Source of the DNA: Eledone cirrhosa
Lineage: Eukaryota
DNA length: 64,000 bases
Assembly: GCA_964016885.1 (NCBI GenBank)
Contig: OZ024741.1
Coordinates: 245,768,001-245,832,000, forward strand
Reading direction: 5' to 3'
Part shown: positions 41,301 to 56,200 of the stretch, piece after piece
Position numbering within the stretch: the stretch's first letter is position 1
Layout: every line of letters starts with the position of its first letter
The notes under the pieces: generated by a model
Databases searched by the model: none
What the model was told of the DNA's origin: nothing
The model's input: only the letters and a program-made list of their open reading frames with translations
Program-made: the position numbers and the translations under genes

Positions 41301-43659
41301 CTGGAAATTATCTCCCCTTGGCTGGAAATTATCTCCCCTTGGACGGCTAGAAATTATCTCTCTTTGGACGGCTGGAAATTATCACCCCTTGAGTTTTTTA
41401 CAAATTATCTCCCCCTGATTTTTTTTACAAATCTCCCAGTGATTTTTTAAAAAAAATTATCTCCCCTTCGCTGGCTGGAAATTATCTCCCCTTGGACGCT
41501 GGAAATTATAGCCCCTTGGAGGGCTGGAAATTATCTTCCCTTGGACGGCTGGAAATTATCTCCCCTTGATTTTTTTTACAAATTATCTCCCCCTGATTTT
41601 TTTTTACAAATTATCTACCCCTGATTTTTTTTTACAACTTATCTGCGCCTGATTTTTTTTAAAAAATTATCTTCCCTTGGACGGCTGGAAATTATCTCCC
41701 CTTGGACGGCTGGAAATTATTTCTCCTTGGACGGCTAGAATTTACCTCTCCTTGGACGGCTGAAAATTATCTCCCCTTGGACGGCTGGAAATTATCTCCC
41801 CTTGATTTTTTTTACAAATTATCTCCCCCTGATTTTTTTTTACAAATTATCTCCCCCTGATTTTTTTTTACAAATTATCTCCCCCTGATTTTTTTTTACA
41901 AATTATCTCCCCATGATTTTTTTTACAAATTATCTCCCCCTGATTTTTTTACAAATTATCTCCCCTTGGCTGGCTGGAAATTATCTCCCCTTGGAGGCTG
42001 GAACTTATGTCCCCTTGGACGGCTAGAAATTACCTCTCCTTGGACGGCTGGAAAATATGTCTCCTTGGACGGCTGGATATTATCTCCCCTTGGACGGCTG
42101 GAAATTATCTCCCCTTGGACGGCTGGAAATTATCTCCCCTTGGATGGCTAGATATTACCTCCCCTTGGGCGGCTGGAAATTATCTCCCCTTGATTTTTTT
42201 TACAAATTATCTCCCCCTGATTTTTTTTTACAAATTATCTCCCCGATTTTTTTTTACAAATTATCTCCCCCTGATTTTTGTTTACAAATTATCTCCGCCT
42301 GATTTTTTTTTAAAAATTATCTCCCCTTGGACGGCTGGAAATTATCTCCCCTTGGACGGCTAGAAATTACCTCTCCTTGGACGGCTGAAAATAATGACCC
42401 CTTGGACGGCTGGAAATTATCTCCCCTTGATTTTTTTACAAATTATCTCCCCCTGATTTTTTTTTTACAAATTATCTCCCCCTGATTTTTTTTTTAAAAT
42501 TATCTCCCCTTGGACGGCTGGAAATTATCTCCCCTTGGACGGCTGGAAATTATCTCCCCTTGGACGGATAGATATTACCTCCCCTTGGACGGCTGGAAAT
42601 TATCTCCCCTTGATTTTTTTACAAATTATCTCCCCCTGATTTATTTTACAAATCTCCCAATGATTTTTAAAAAAAAATTATCTCCCCTTCGCTGGCTGGA
42701 AATTATCTCCCCTTGGACGCTGGAAATTATAGCCCCTTGGAGGGCTGGAAATTATCTTCCCTTGGACGGCTGGAAATTATCTCCCCTTGATTTTTTTTAC
42801 AAATTATCTCCCCCTGATTTTTTTTACAAATTATCTCCCCCTGATTTTTTTTACAAATTATCTACCCCTGATTTTTTTTACAAATTATCTCCCCCTGATT
42901 TTTTTTTACAAATTATCTCCCCCTGATTTTTTTTTACAAATTATCTCGCCCTGATTTTTTTACAAATTATCTCCCCCTGATTTTTTTTACAATCTCCGCC
43001 TGATTTTTTAAAAAATTGTCTTCCCTTGGCTGGCTGGAAATTATCTCCCCTTGGACACTGGAAATTATAGCCCCTTGGAGGGCTGGAAATTATCTTCCCT
43101 TGGACGGCTGGAAATTATCTCCCCTTGATTTTTTTTACAAATTATCTCCGCCTGATTTTTTTTTACAAATTATCTCCCCCTGATTTTTTTTTACAAATTA
43201 TCTACCCCTGATTTTTTTTTACAAATTATCTCCCCCTGATTTTTTTTACAAATTATCTCCCTCTGATTTTTCTTTTACAAATTATCTCCCCCTGATTTTT
43301 TTACAAATTATCTCCCCCTGATTTTTTTTACAAATTATCTCCGCCTGATTTTTTTAAATATTATCTTCCCTTGGCTGGCGGGAAATTATCTCCCCTTGGA
43401 CGGCTGGAAATTATCTGCCCTTGATTTTCTTTTTACAAATTATCTTCCACTGATTTTTTTTACAAATTATCTCCACCTGATTTTTTAAAAAATTATCTCC
43501 CCTTGGAAGGCTGGAAATTATCTCCCCTTGGACGGCTGGAAATTATCTCCCCTTGGACGGCTAGAAATTATCTCTCCTTGGACGGCTGAAAATTATCTCC
43601 CCTTGGACGGCTGCAAATTATCTCCCCTTGATTTTTTTTACAAATTATCTCCCCCTGAT

Positions 43660-46600
43660 TTTTTTTACAAATTATCTCCCCCTGATTTTTTTTACAAATT
43701 ATCTACCCCTGATTTTTTTACAAATTATCTCCCCCTGATTTTTTTTTACAAATTATCTCCCCCTGATTTTTTTTTACAAATTATCTCCCCCTGATTTTTT
43801 TTTTACAAATTATCTCCCCCTGATTTTTTTTTACAAATTATCTCCCCTTGATTTTTTTTACAAATAATCTCCCCCTGATTTTTTTTTACAAATTATCTCC
43901 CCCTGATTTTTTTTTACAAATTATCTACCCCTGATTTTTTTTTACAAATTATCTCCCCCTGATTTTTTTTACAAATTATCTCCCCCTGATTTTTCTTTTA
44001 CAAATTATCTCCCCCTGATTTTTTTTACAAATTATCTCCGCCTGATTTTTTTAAATATTATCTTCCCTTGGCTGGCGGGAAATTATCTCCCCTTGGACGG
44101 CTGGAAATTATCTGCCCTTGATTTTCTTTTTACAAATTATCTTCCACTGATTTTTTTTACAAATTATCTCCACCTGATTTTTTAAAAAATTATCTCCCCT
44201 TGGAAGGCTGGAAATTATCTCCCCTTGGCTGGAAATTATCTCCCCTTGGACGGCTAGAAATTATCTCTCTTTGTACGGCTGGAAATTATCACCCCTTGAG
44301 TTTTTTACAAATTATCTCCCCCTGATTTTTTTTACAAATCTCCCAGTGTTTTTCAAAAAAAATTATCTCCCCTTCGCTGGCTGGAAATTATCTCCCCTTG
44401 GACGCTGGAAATTATAGCCCCTTGGAGGGCTGGAAATTATCTTCCCTTGGACGGCTGGAAATTATCTCCCCTTGATTTTTTTTACAAATTATCTCCCCCT
44501 GATTTTTTTTTACAAATTATCTCCCCCTGATTTTTTTTTACAACTTATCTGCGCCTGATTTTTTTTTAAAAATTATCTCCCCTTGGACGGCTGGAAATTA
44601 TCTCCCCTTGGACGGCTGGAAATTATCTCTCCTTGGACGGCTAGAATTTACCTCTCCTTGGACGGCTGGAAATTATCTCCCCTTGATTTTTTTTACAAAT
44701 TATCTCCCCCTGATTTTTTTTTACAAATTATCTCCCCCTGATTTTTTTTTACAAATTATCTCCCCCTGATTTTTTTTACAAATTATCTCCCCCCTGATTT
44801 TTTTACAAATTATCTCCCCTTGGCTGGCTGGAAATTATCTCCCCTTGGAGGCTGGAACTTATCTCCCCTTGGACGGCTAGAAATTACCTCTCCTTGGACG
44901 GCTGGAAAATATGTCTCCTTGGACGGCTGGATATTATCTCCCCTTGGACGGCTGGAAATTATCTCCCCTTGGACGGCTGGAAATTATCTCCCCTTGGATG
45001 GCTAGATATTACCTCCCCTTGGACGGCTGGAAATTATCTCCCCTTGATTTTTTTTACAAATTATCTCCCCCTGATTTTTTTTTACAAATTATCTCCCCCT
45101 GATTTTTTTTTACAAATTATCTCCGCCTGATTTTTTTACAAATTATCTCCCCTTGGCTGGCTGGAAATTATCTCCCCTTGGAGGATGGAACTTATCTCCC
45201 CTTGGACGGCTAGAAATTACCTCTCCTTGGACGGCTGGAAAATATGTCTCCTTGGACGGCTGGATATTATCTCCCCTTGGACGGCTGGAAATTATCTCCC
45301 CTTGGACGGCTGGAAATTATCTCCCCTTGGATGGCTAGATATTACCTCCCCTTGGACGGCTGGAAATTATCTCCCCTTGATTTTTTTTACAAATTATCTC
45401 CCCCTGATTTTTTTTTATAAATTATCTCCCCCTGATTTTTTTTTACAAATTATCTCCCCCTGATTTTTTTTACAAATTATCTACCCCTGATTTTTTTACA
45501 AATTATCTCCCCCTGATTTTTTTTTACAAATTATCTCCCCCTGATTTTTTTTTACAAATTATCTCCCCCTGATTTTTTTTTTACAAATTATCTCCCCCTG
45601 ATTTTTTTTTACAAATTATCTCCCCTTGATTTTTTTTACAAATAATCTCCCCCTGATTTTTTTTTACAAATTATCTCCCCCTGATTTTTTTTTACAAATT
45701 ATCTACCCCTGATTTTTTTTTACAAATTATCTCCCCCTGATTTTTTTTACAAATTATCTCCCCCTGATTTTTCTTTTACAAATTATCTCCCCCTGATTTT
45801 TTTTACAAATTATCTCCGCCTGATTTTTTTAAATATTATCTTCCCTTGGCTGGCGGGAAATTATCTCCCCTTGGACGGCTGGAAATTATCTGCCCTTGAT
45901 TTTCTTTTTACAAATTATCTTCCACTGATTTTTTTTACAAATTATCTCCACCTGATTTTTTAAAAAATTATCTCCCCTTGGAAGGCTGGAAATTATCTCC
46001 CCTTGGCTGGAAATTATCTCCCCTTGGACGGCTAGAAATTATCTCTCTTTGTACGGCTGGAAATTATCACCCCTTGAGTTTTTTACAAATTATCTCCCCC
46101 TGATTTTTTTTACAAATCTCCCAGTGTTTTTCAAAAAAAATTATCTCCCCTTCGCTGGCTGGAAATTATCTCCCCTTGGACGCTGGAAATTATAGCCCCT
46201 TGGAGGGCTGGAAATTATCTTCCCTTGGACGGCTGGAAATTATCTCCCCTTGATTTTTTTTACAAATTATCTCCCCCTGATTTTTTTTTACAAATTATCT
46301 CCCCCTGATTTTTTTTTACAACTTATCTGCGCCTGATTTTTTTTTAAAAATTATCTCCCCTTGGACGGCTGGAAATTATCTCCCCTTGGACGGCTGGAAA
46401 TTATCTCTCCTTGGACGGCTAGAATTTACCTCTCCTTGGACGGCTGGAAATTATCTCCCCTTGATTTTTTTTACAAATTATCTCCCCCTGATTTTTTTTT
46501 ACAAATTATCTCCCCCTGATTTTTTTTTACAAATTATCTCCCCCTGATTTTTTTTTACAAATTATCTCCCCCTGATTTTTTTTACAAATTATCTCCCCCC

Positions 46601-47270
46601 TGATTTTTTTACAAATTATCTCCCCTTGGCTGGCTGGAAATTATCTCCCCTTGGAGGCTGGAACTTATCTCCCCTTGGACGGCTAGAAATTACCTCTCCT
46701 TGGACGGCTGGAAAATATGTCTCCTTGGACGGCTGGATATTATCTCCCCTTGGACGGCTGGAAATTATCTCCCCTTGGACGGCTGGAAATTATCTCCCCT
46801 TGGATGGCTAGATATTACCTCCCCTTGGACGGCTGGAAATTATCTCCCCTTGATTTTTTTTACAAATTATCTCCCCCTGATTTTTTTTTACAAATTATCT
46901 CCCCCTGATTTTTTTTTACAAATTATCTCCGCCTGATTTTTTTACAAATTATCTCCCCTTGGCTGGCTGGAAATTATCTCCCCTTGGAGGATGGAACTTA
47001 TCTCCCCTTGGACGGCTAGAAATTACCTCTCCTTGGACGGCTGGAAAATATGTCTCCTTGGACGGCTGGATATTATCTCCCCTTGGACGGCTGGAAATTA
47101 TCTCCCCTTGGACGGCTGGAAATTATCTCCCCTTGGATGGCTAGATATTACCTCCCCTTGGACGGCTGGAAATTATCTCCCCTTGATTTTTTTTACAAAT
47201 TATCTCCCCCTGATTTTTTTTTATAAATTATCTCCCCCTGATTTTTTTTTACAAATTATCTCCCCCTGAT
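43660..47270 (+). repeat. Tandem duplication of a ~1.8-kb unit (2 copies)
   Basis: 44820/46626 and 45153/46959 are both offset by 1806. Markers TTTCAAAAAA (44351/46130) and GAGGATGGAAC (45181/46987) are shared. Confidence 0.9.
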
Positions 47271-50200
47271 TTTTGTTTACAAATTATCTCCGCCTGATTT
47301 TTTTTTAAAAATTATCTCCCCTTGGACGGCTGGAAATTATCTCCCCTTGGACGGCTAGAAATTACCTCTCCTTGGACGGCTGAAAATTATCTCCCCTTGG
47401 ACGGCTGGAAATTATCTCCCCTTGATTTTTTTACAAATTATCTCCCCCTGATTTTTTTTTTACAAATTATCTCCCCCTGATTTTTTTTTACAAATTATCT
47501 CCCCCTGATTTTTTTTTACAAATTATCTCCCCCTGATTTTTTTTACAAATTATCTCCCCCCTGATTTTTTTACAAATTATCTCCCCTTGGCTGGCTGGAA
47601 ATTATCTCCCCTTGGAGGCTGGAACTTATCTCCCCTTGGACGGCTAGAAATTACCTCTCCTTGGACGGCTGGAAAATATGTCTCCTTGGACGGCTGGATA
47701 TTATCTCCCCTTGGACGGCTGGAAATTATCTCCCCTTGGACGGCTGGAAATTATCTCCCCTTGGATGGCTAGATATTACCTCCCCTTGGACGGCTGGAAA
47801 TTATCTCCCCTTGATTTTTTTTTACAAATTATCTCCCCCTGATTTTTTTTTACAAATTATCTCCCCCTGATTTTTTTTAAAAAATTATCTCCCCCTGATT
47901 TTTGTTTACAAATTATCTCCGCCTGATTTTTTTAAAAAAATTATCTCCCCTTGGACGGCTGGAAATTATCTCCCCTTGGACGGCTGGAAATTATATCTCC
48001 TTGGACGGCTAGAATTTACCTCTCCTTGGACGGCTGAAAATTATCTCCCCTTGGACGGCTGGAAATTATCTCCCCTTGATTTTTTTTACAAATTATCTCC
48101 CCCTGATTTTTTTTACAAATTATCTCCCCCTGATTTTTTTTTACAAATTATCTCCCCCTGATTTTTTTTTACAAATTATCTCCCCCTGATTTTTTTACAA
48201 ATTATCTCCCCTTGGCTGGCTGGAAATTATCTCCCCTTGGAGGCTGGAACTTATCTCCCCTTGGACGGCTAGAAATTACCTCTCCTTGGACGGCTGGAAA
48301 ATATGTCTCCTTGGACGGCTGGATATTATCTCCCCTTGGACGGCTGGAAATTATCTCCCCTTGGACGGCTGGAAATTATCTCCCCTTGGATGGCTAGATA
48401 TTACCTCCCCTTGGACGGCTGGAAATTATCTCCCCTTGATTTTTTTTACAAATTATCTCCCCCTGATTTTTTTTTACAAATTATCTCCCCCTGATTTTTT
48501 TTACAAATTATCTCCCCCTGATTTTTGTTTACAAATTATCTCCGCCTGATTTTTTTTTTTAAATTATCTCCCCTTGGACCGCTGGAAATTATCTCCCCTT
48601 GGACGGCTAGAAATTACCTCTCCTTGGACGGCTGAAAATTATCTCCCCTTGGACGGCTGGAAATTATCTCCCCTTGATTTTTTTTACAAATTATCTCCCC
48701 CTGATTTTTTTTTACAAATTATCTCCCCCTGATTTTTTTTACAAATTATCTCCCCCTGATTTTTTTTTACAAATTATCTCCCCCTGATTTTTTTTACAAA
48801 TTATCTCCCCCTGATTTTTTTTACAAATTATCTCCCCCTGATTTTTTTTACAAATTATCTCCCCCTGATTTTTTTACAAATTATCTCCCCCTGATTTTTT
48901 TTACAAATTATCTACCCCTGATTTTTTTTACAAATTATCTCCCCCTGATTTTTTTTTACAAATTATCTCCCCCTGATTTCTTTTTACAAATTATCTCCCC
49001 CTGATTTTTTTTTTACAAATTATCTCCCCCTGATTTTTTTACAAAGTATCTCCCCCTGATTTTTTTTACAATCTCCGCCTGATTTTTTTAAAAATTATCT
49101 TCCCTTGGCTGGCGGGAAATTATCTCCCCTTGGACGGCTGGAAATTATCTCCCCTTGGAAGGATGGAAATTATCTCCCCTTGGACGGCTGGAAATTATCT
49201 CCCCTTGCACGGCTGGAAATTATCTCCCCTTGGACGGCTAGAAATTATCTCTCTTTGGACGGCTGGAAATTATCTCCCTTTGATTTTTTTTACAAATTAT
49301 CTCCCTCTGATTTTTTTTACGAATCTCCCCCTGATTTTTTTAAAAAAATTATCTCCCCTTCGCTGGCTGGAAATTATCTCCCCTTGGACACTGGAAATTA
49401 TAGCCCCTTGGAGGGCTGGAAATTATCTTCCCTTGGACGGCTGGAAATTATCTCCCCCTGATTTTTTTTACAAATTATCTCCGCCTTATTTTTTTAAAAA
49501 GTTATCTCTCCTTGGACGGCTGGAAATTATCTCCCCTTGATTTTTTTTACAAATAATCTCCCCCTGATTTTTTTTTACAAATTATCTCCCCCTGATTTTT
49601 TTTTACAAATTATCTACCCCTGATTTTCTTTTACAAATTATCTCCCCCTGATTTTTGTTACAAATTATCTCCCCCTGATTTTTCTTTTACAAATTATCTC
49701 CCCCTGATTTTTTTTACAAATTATCTCCGCCTGATTTTTTTAAATATTATCTTCCCTTGGCTGGCGGGAAATTATCTCCCCTTGGATGGCTGGAAATTAT
49801 CTGCCCTTGATTTTCTTTTTACAAATTATCTTCCACTGATTTTTTTTACAAATTATCTCCACCTGATTTTTTTAAAAATTATCTCCCCTTGGCTGGAAAT
49901 TATCTCCCCTTGGACGGCTAGAAATTATCTCTCTTTGTACGGCTGGAAATTATCACCCCTTGAGTTTTTTACAAATTATCTCCCCCTGATTTTTTTTACA
50001 AATCTCCCAGTGTTTTTTAAAAAAAATTATCTCCCCTTCGCTGGCTGGAAATTATCTCCCCTTGGACGCTGGAAATTATAGCCCCTTGGAGGGCTGGAAA
50101 TTATCTTCCCTTGGACGGCTGGAAATTATCTCCCCTTGATTTTTTTTACAAATTATCTCCCCCTGATTTTTTTTTACAAATTATCTCCCCCTGATTTTTT

Positions 50201-53200
50201 TTTACAACTTATCTGCGCCTGATTTTTTTAAAAAAATTATCTTCCCTTGGACGGCTGGAAATTATCTCCCCTTGGACGGCTGGAAATTATCTCTCCTTGG
50301 ACGACTAGAATTTACCTCTCCTTGGACGGCTGAAAATTATCTCCCCTTGGACGGCTGGAAATTATCTCCCCTTGATTTTTTTTACAAATTATCTCCCCCT
50401 GATTTTTTTTTACAAATTATCTGCCCCTGATTTTTTTTTACAAATTATCTCCCCCTGATTTTTTTTTTAAAATTATCTCCCCCTGATTTTTTTTACAAAT
50501 TATCTCCCCCTGATTTTTTTACAAATTATCTCCCCTTGGCTGGCTGGAAATTATCTCCCCTTGGAGGCTGGAACTTATGTCCCCTTGGACGGCTAGAAAT
50601 GACCTCTCCTTGGACGGCTGGAAAATATGTCTCCTTGGACGGCTGGATATTATCTCCCCTTGGACGGCTGGAAATTATCTCCCCTTGGACGGCTGGAAAT
50701 TATCTCCCCTTGGATGGCTAGATATTACCTCCCCTTGGACGGCTGGAAATTATCTCCCCTTGATTTTTTTTACAAATTATCTCCCCCTGATTTTTTTTTA
50801 CAAATTTTCTCCCCCTGATTTTTGTTTACAAATTATCTCCGCCTGATTTTTTTTTAAAAATTATCTCCCCTTGGACGGCTGGAAATTATCTCCCCTTGGA
50901 CGGCTAGAAATTACCTCTCCTTGGACGGCTGAAAATTATCTCCCCTTGGACGGCTGGAAATTATCTCCCCTTGATTTTTTTACAAATAATCTCCACCTGA
51001 TTTTTTTTTACAAATTATCTCCCCCTGATTTTTTTTTTACAAATTATCTCCCCCTGATTTTTTTTTACAAATTATCTCCCCCTGATTTTTTTTACAAATT
51101 TTCTCCCCCTGATTTTTTTTTACAAATTATCTCCCCCTGATTTTTTTACAAATTATCTCCCCCTGATTTTTTTTACAAATTATCTCCGCCTGATTTTTTT
51201 AAATATTATCTTCCCTTGGCTGGCGGGAAATTATCTCCCCTTGGACGGCTGAAAATTATCTCCCCTTGGACGGCTGGAAATTATCTCCCCTTGATTCTTT
51301 TTACAAATTATCTCCCCCTGATTTTTTTTTACAAATTATCTCCCCCTGATTTTTTTACAAATTATCTCCCCCTGATTTTTTTTTACAAATTATCTCCCCC
51401 TGATTTTTTTTACAAATTATTTCCCTCTGATTTTTTTGCAAATTATCTCCCCCTGATTTTTTTTTTACAAATTATCTCCCCCTGATTTTTTTTTACAAAT
51501 TATCTCCCCCTGATTTTTTTTTACAAATTATCTCCCCTTGGCTGGCTGGAAATTATCTCCCCTTGGAGGCTGGAACTTATCTCCCCTTGGACGGCTAGAA
51601 ATTACCTCTCCTTGGACGGCTGGAAAATATGTCTCCTTGGACTGCTGGATATTATCTCCCCTTGGACGGCTGGAAATTATCTCCCCTTGGACGGCTGGAA
51701 ATTATCTCCCATTGGATGGCTAGATATTACCTCCCCTTGGACGGCTGGAAATTATCTCCCCTTGATCTTTTTACAAATTATCTCCCCCTGATTTTTTTTT
51801 TACAAATTATCTCCCCCTGATTTTTTTTTACAAATTATCTACCCCTGATTTTTTTTTACAAATTATCTCCCCCTGATTTTTTTTACAAATTATCTCCCCC
51901 TGATTTTTTTTTTACAAATTATCTCCCCCTGATTTTTTTACAAATTATCTCCCACTGATTTTTTTTACAAATTATCTCCGCCTGATTTTTTTAAATATTA
52001 TCTCTCCTTGGCTGGCGGGAAATTATCTCCCCTTGGACGGCTGGAAATTATCTCCCCTTGGAAGGATGGAAATTATCTCCCCTTGGACGGCTGGAAATTA
52101 TCTACCCCTGATTTTTTTTACAAATTATCTCCCCCTGATTTTTTTTACAAATTATCTCCCCCTGATTTTTTTTACAAATTATCTACCCCTGATTTTTTTT
52201 ACAAATTATCTCCCCCTGATTTTTTTTTACAAATTATCTCCCCCTGATTTTTTTACAAATTATCTCCCCCTGATTTTTTTTACAATCTCCGCCTGATTTT
52301 TTTAAAAATTGTCTTCCCTTGGCTGGCTGGAAATTATCTCCCCTTGGACACTGGATATTATAGCCCCTTGGAGGGCTGGAAATTATCTTCCCTTGGACGG
52401 CTGGAAATTATCTCCCCTTGATTTTTTTTACAAATTATCTCCGCCTGATTTTTTTTTACAAATTATCTCCCCCTGATTTTTTTTTACAAATTATCTACCC
52501 CTGATTTTTTTTTACAAATTATCTCCCCCTGATTTTTTTTACAAATTATCTCCCCCTGATTTTTCTTTTACAAATTATCTCCCCCTGATTTTTTTACAAA
52601 TTATCTCCCCCTGATTTTTTTTACAAATTATCTCCGCCTGATTTTTTTAAATATTATCTTCCCTTGGCTGGCGGGAAATTATCTCCCCTTGGACGGCTGG
52701 AAATTATCTGCCCTTGATTTTCTTTTTACAAATTATCTTCCACTGATTTTTTTTACAAATTATCTTCACCTGATTTTTTAAAAAATTATCTCCCCTTGGA
52801 AGGCTGGAAATTATCTCCCCTTGGAGGGCTGGAAATTATCTCCCCTTGGACGGCTAGAAATTATCTCTCCTTGGACGGCTGAAAATTATCTCCCCTTGGA
52901 CGGCTGCAAATTATCTCCCCTTGATTTTTTTTACAAATTATCTCCCCCTGATTTTTTTTACAAATTATCTCCCCCTGATTTTTTTACAAATTATCTACCC
53001 CTGATTTTTTTTACAAATTATCTCCCCCTGATTTTTTTTTACAAATTATCTCCCCCTGATTTTTTTTTACAAATTATCTCCCCCTGATTTTTTTTTACAA
53101 ATTATCTCCCCCTGATTTTTTTACAAATTATCTCCCCCTGATTTTTTTTACAATCTCCGCCTGATTTTTTTAAAAATTATCTTCCCTTGGCTGGCGGGAA

Positions 53201-56200
53201 ATTATCTCCCCTTGGACGGCTGGAAATTATCTCCCCTTGGAAGGATGGAAATTATCTCCCCTTGGACGGCTGGAAATTATCTCCCCTTGCACGGCTGGAA
53301 ATTATCTCCCCTTGGCTGGAAATTATCTCCCCTTGGACGGCTAGAAATTATCTCTCTTTGGACGGCTGGAAATTATCTCCCTTTGATTTTTTTTACAAAT
53401 TATCTCCCTCTGATTTTTTTTACAAATCTCCCCCTGATTTTTTTAAAAAAATTATCTCCCCTTCGCTGGCTGGAAATTATCTTCCCTTGGACGGCTGGAA
53501 ATTATCTCCCCTTGATTTTTTTTACAAATTATCTCCGCCTGATTTTTTTTTAAAATTATCTCTCCTTGGACGGCTGGAAATTATCTCCCCTTGATTTTTT
53601 TTACAAATAATCTCCCCCTGATTTTTTTTTATAAATTATCTCCCCCTGATTTTTTTTTACAAATTATCTACCCCTGATTTTTTTTTACAAATTATCTCCC
53701 CCTGATTTTTTTTACAAATTATCTCCCCCTGATTTTTCTTTTACAAATTATCTCCCCCTGATTTTTTTACAAATTATCTCCCCCTGATTTTTTTTACAAA
53801 TTGTCTCCGCCTGATTTTTTTAAATATTATCTTCCCTTGGCTGGCGGGAAATTACCTCCCCTTGGACGGCTGGAAATTATCTGCCCTTGATTTTCTTTTT
53901 ACAAATTATCTTCCACTGATTTTTTTTACAAATTATCTCCACCTGATTTTTTAAAAAATTATCTCCCCTTGGAAGGCTGGAAATTATCTCCCCTTGGACG
54001 GCTAGAAATTATCTCTCTTTGGACGGCTGGAAATTATCACCCCTTGAGTTTTTTACAAATTATCTCCCCCTGATTTTTTTTACAAATCTCCCAGTGATTT
54101 TTTAAAAAAAATTATCTCCCCTTCGCTGGCTGGAAATTATCTCCCCTTGGACGCTGGAAATTATAGCCCCTTGGAGGGCTGGAAATTATCTTCCCTTGGA
54201 CGGCTGGAAATTATCTCCCCTTGGACGGCTGGAAATTATCTCTCCTTGGACGGCTAGAATTTACCTCTCCTTGGACGGCTGAAAATTATCTCCCCTTGAA
54301 CGGCTGGAAATTATCTCCCCTTGATTTTTTTTACAAATTATCTCCCCCTTTTTTTTTTTTACAAATTATCTCCCCCTGATTTTTTTTTACAAATTATCTC
54401 CCCCTGATTTTTTTTTACAAATTATCTCCCCCTGATTTTTTTTACAAATTATCTCCCCCCTGATTTTTTTACAAATTATCTCCCCTTGGCTGGTTGGAAA
54501 TTATCTCCCCTTGGAGGCTGGAACTTATCTCCCCTTGGACGGCTAGAAATTACCTCTCCTTGGACGGCTGGAAAATATGTCTCCTTGGACGGCTGGATAT
54601 TATCTCCCCTTGGACGGCTGGAAATTATCTCCCATTGGACGGCTGGAAATTATCTCCCCTTGGATGGCTAGATATTACCTCCCCTTGGACGGCTGGAAAT
54701 TATCTCCCCTTGATTTTTTTAACAAATTATCTCCCCCTGATTTTTTTTACAAATTATCTCCCCCTGATTTTTTTTAAAAAATTATCTCCCCCTGATTTTT
54801 GTTTACAAATTATCTCCGCCTGATTTTTTTTAACAAATTATCTCCCCTTGGACGGCTGGAAATTATCTCCCCTTGGACGGCTGGAAATTATATCTCCTTG
54901 GACGGCTAGAATTTACCTCTCCTTGGACGGCTGAAAATTATCTCCCCTTGGACGGCTGGAAATTATCTCCCCTTGATTTTTTTTACAAATTATCTCCCCC
55001 TGATTTTTTTTTACAAATTATCTCCCCCTGATTTTTTTTTACAAATTATCTCCCCCTGATTTTTTTTTACAAATTATCTCCCCCTGATTTTTTTACAAAT
55101 TATCTCCCCTTGGCTGGCTGGAAATTATCTCCCCTTGGAGGCTGGAACTTATCTCCACTTGGACGGCTAGAAATTACCTCTCCTTGGACGGCTGGAAAAT
55201 ATGTCTCCTTGGACGGCTGGATATTATCTCCCCTTGGACGGCTGGAAATTATCTCCCCTTGGACGGCTGGAAATTATCTCCCCTTGGATGGCTAGATATT
55301 ACCTCCCCTTGGACGGCTGGAAATTATCTCCCCTTGATTTTTTTTACAAATTATCTCCCCCTGATTTTTTTTTACAAATTATCTCCCCCTGATTTTTTTT
55401 TACAAATTATCTCCCCCTGATTTTTGTTTACAAATTATCTCCGCCTGATTTTTTTTTTTAAATTATCTCCCCTTGGACGGCTGGAAATTATCTCCCCTTG
55501 GACGGCTAGAAATTACCTCTCCTTGGACGGCTGAAAATTATCTCCCCTTGGACGGCTGGAAATTATCTCCCCTTGATTTTTTTACAAATTATCTCCCCCT
55601 GATTTTTTTTTTACAAATTATCTCCCCCTGATTTTTTTTTACAAATTATCTACCCCTGATTTTTTTTTACAAATTATCTCCCCCTGATTTTTTTTTACAA
55701 ATTATCTACCCCTGATTTTTTTTACAAATTATCTCCCCCTGATTTTTTTTACAAATTATCTCCCCCTGATTTTTTTTTTACAAATTATCTCCCCCTGATT
55801 TTTTTACAAATTATCTCCCCCTGATTTTTTTTACAAATTATCTCCGCCGGATTTTTTTAAATATTATCTTCCCTTGGCTTGCGGGAAATTATCTCCCCTT
55901 GGACGGCTGAAAATTATCTCCCCTTGGACGGCTGGAAATTATCTCCCCTTGATTTTTTTTACAAATTATCTCCCCCTGATTTTTTTTTACAAATTATCTC
56001 CCCCTGATTTTTTTTACAAATTATCTCCCCCTGATTTTTTTTACAAATTATCTCCCCCTGATTTTTTTTACAAATTATCTCCCCCTGATTTTTTTTTACA
56101 AATTATCTCCCCCTGATTTTTTTACAAATTATCTCCCCCTGATTTTTTTTACAAATTATCTCCGCCTGATTTTTTAAAATATTATCTTCCCTTGGCTGGC

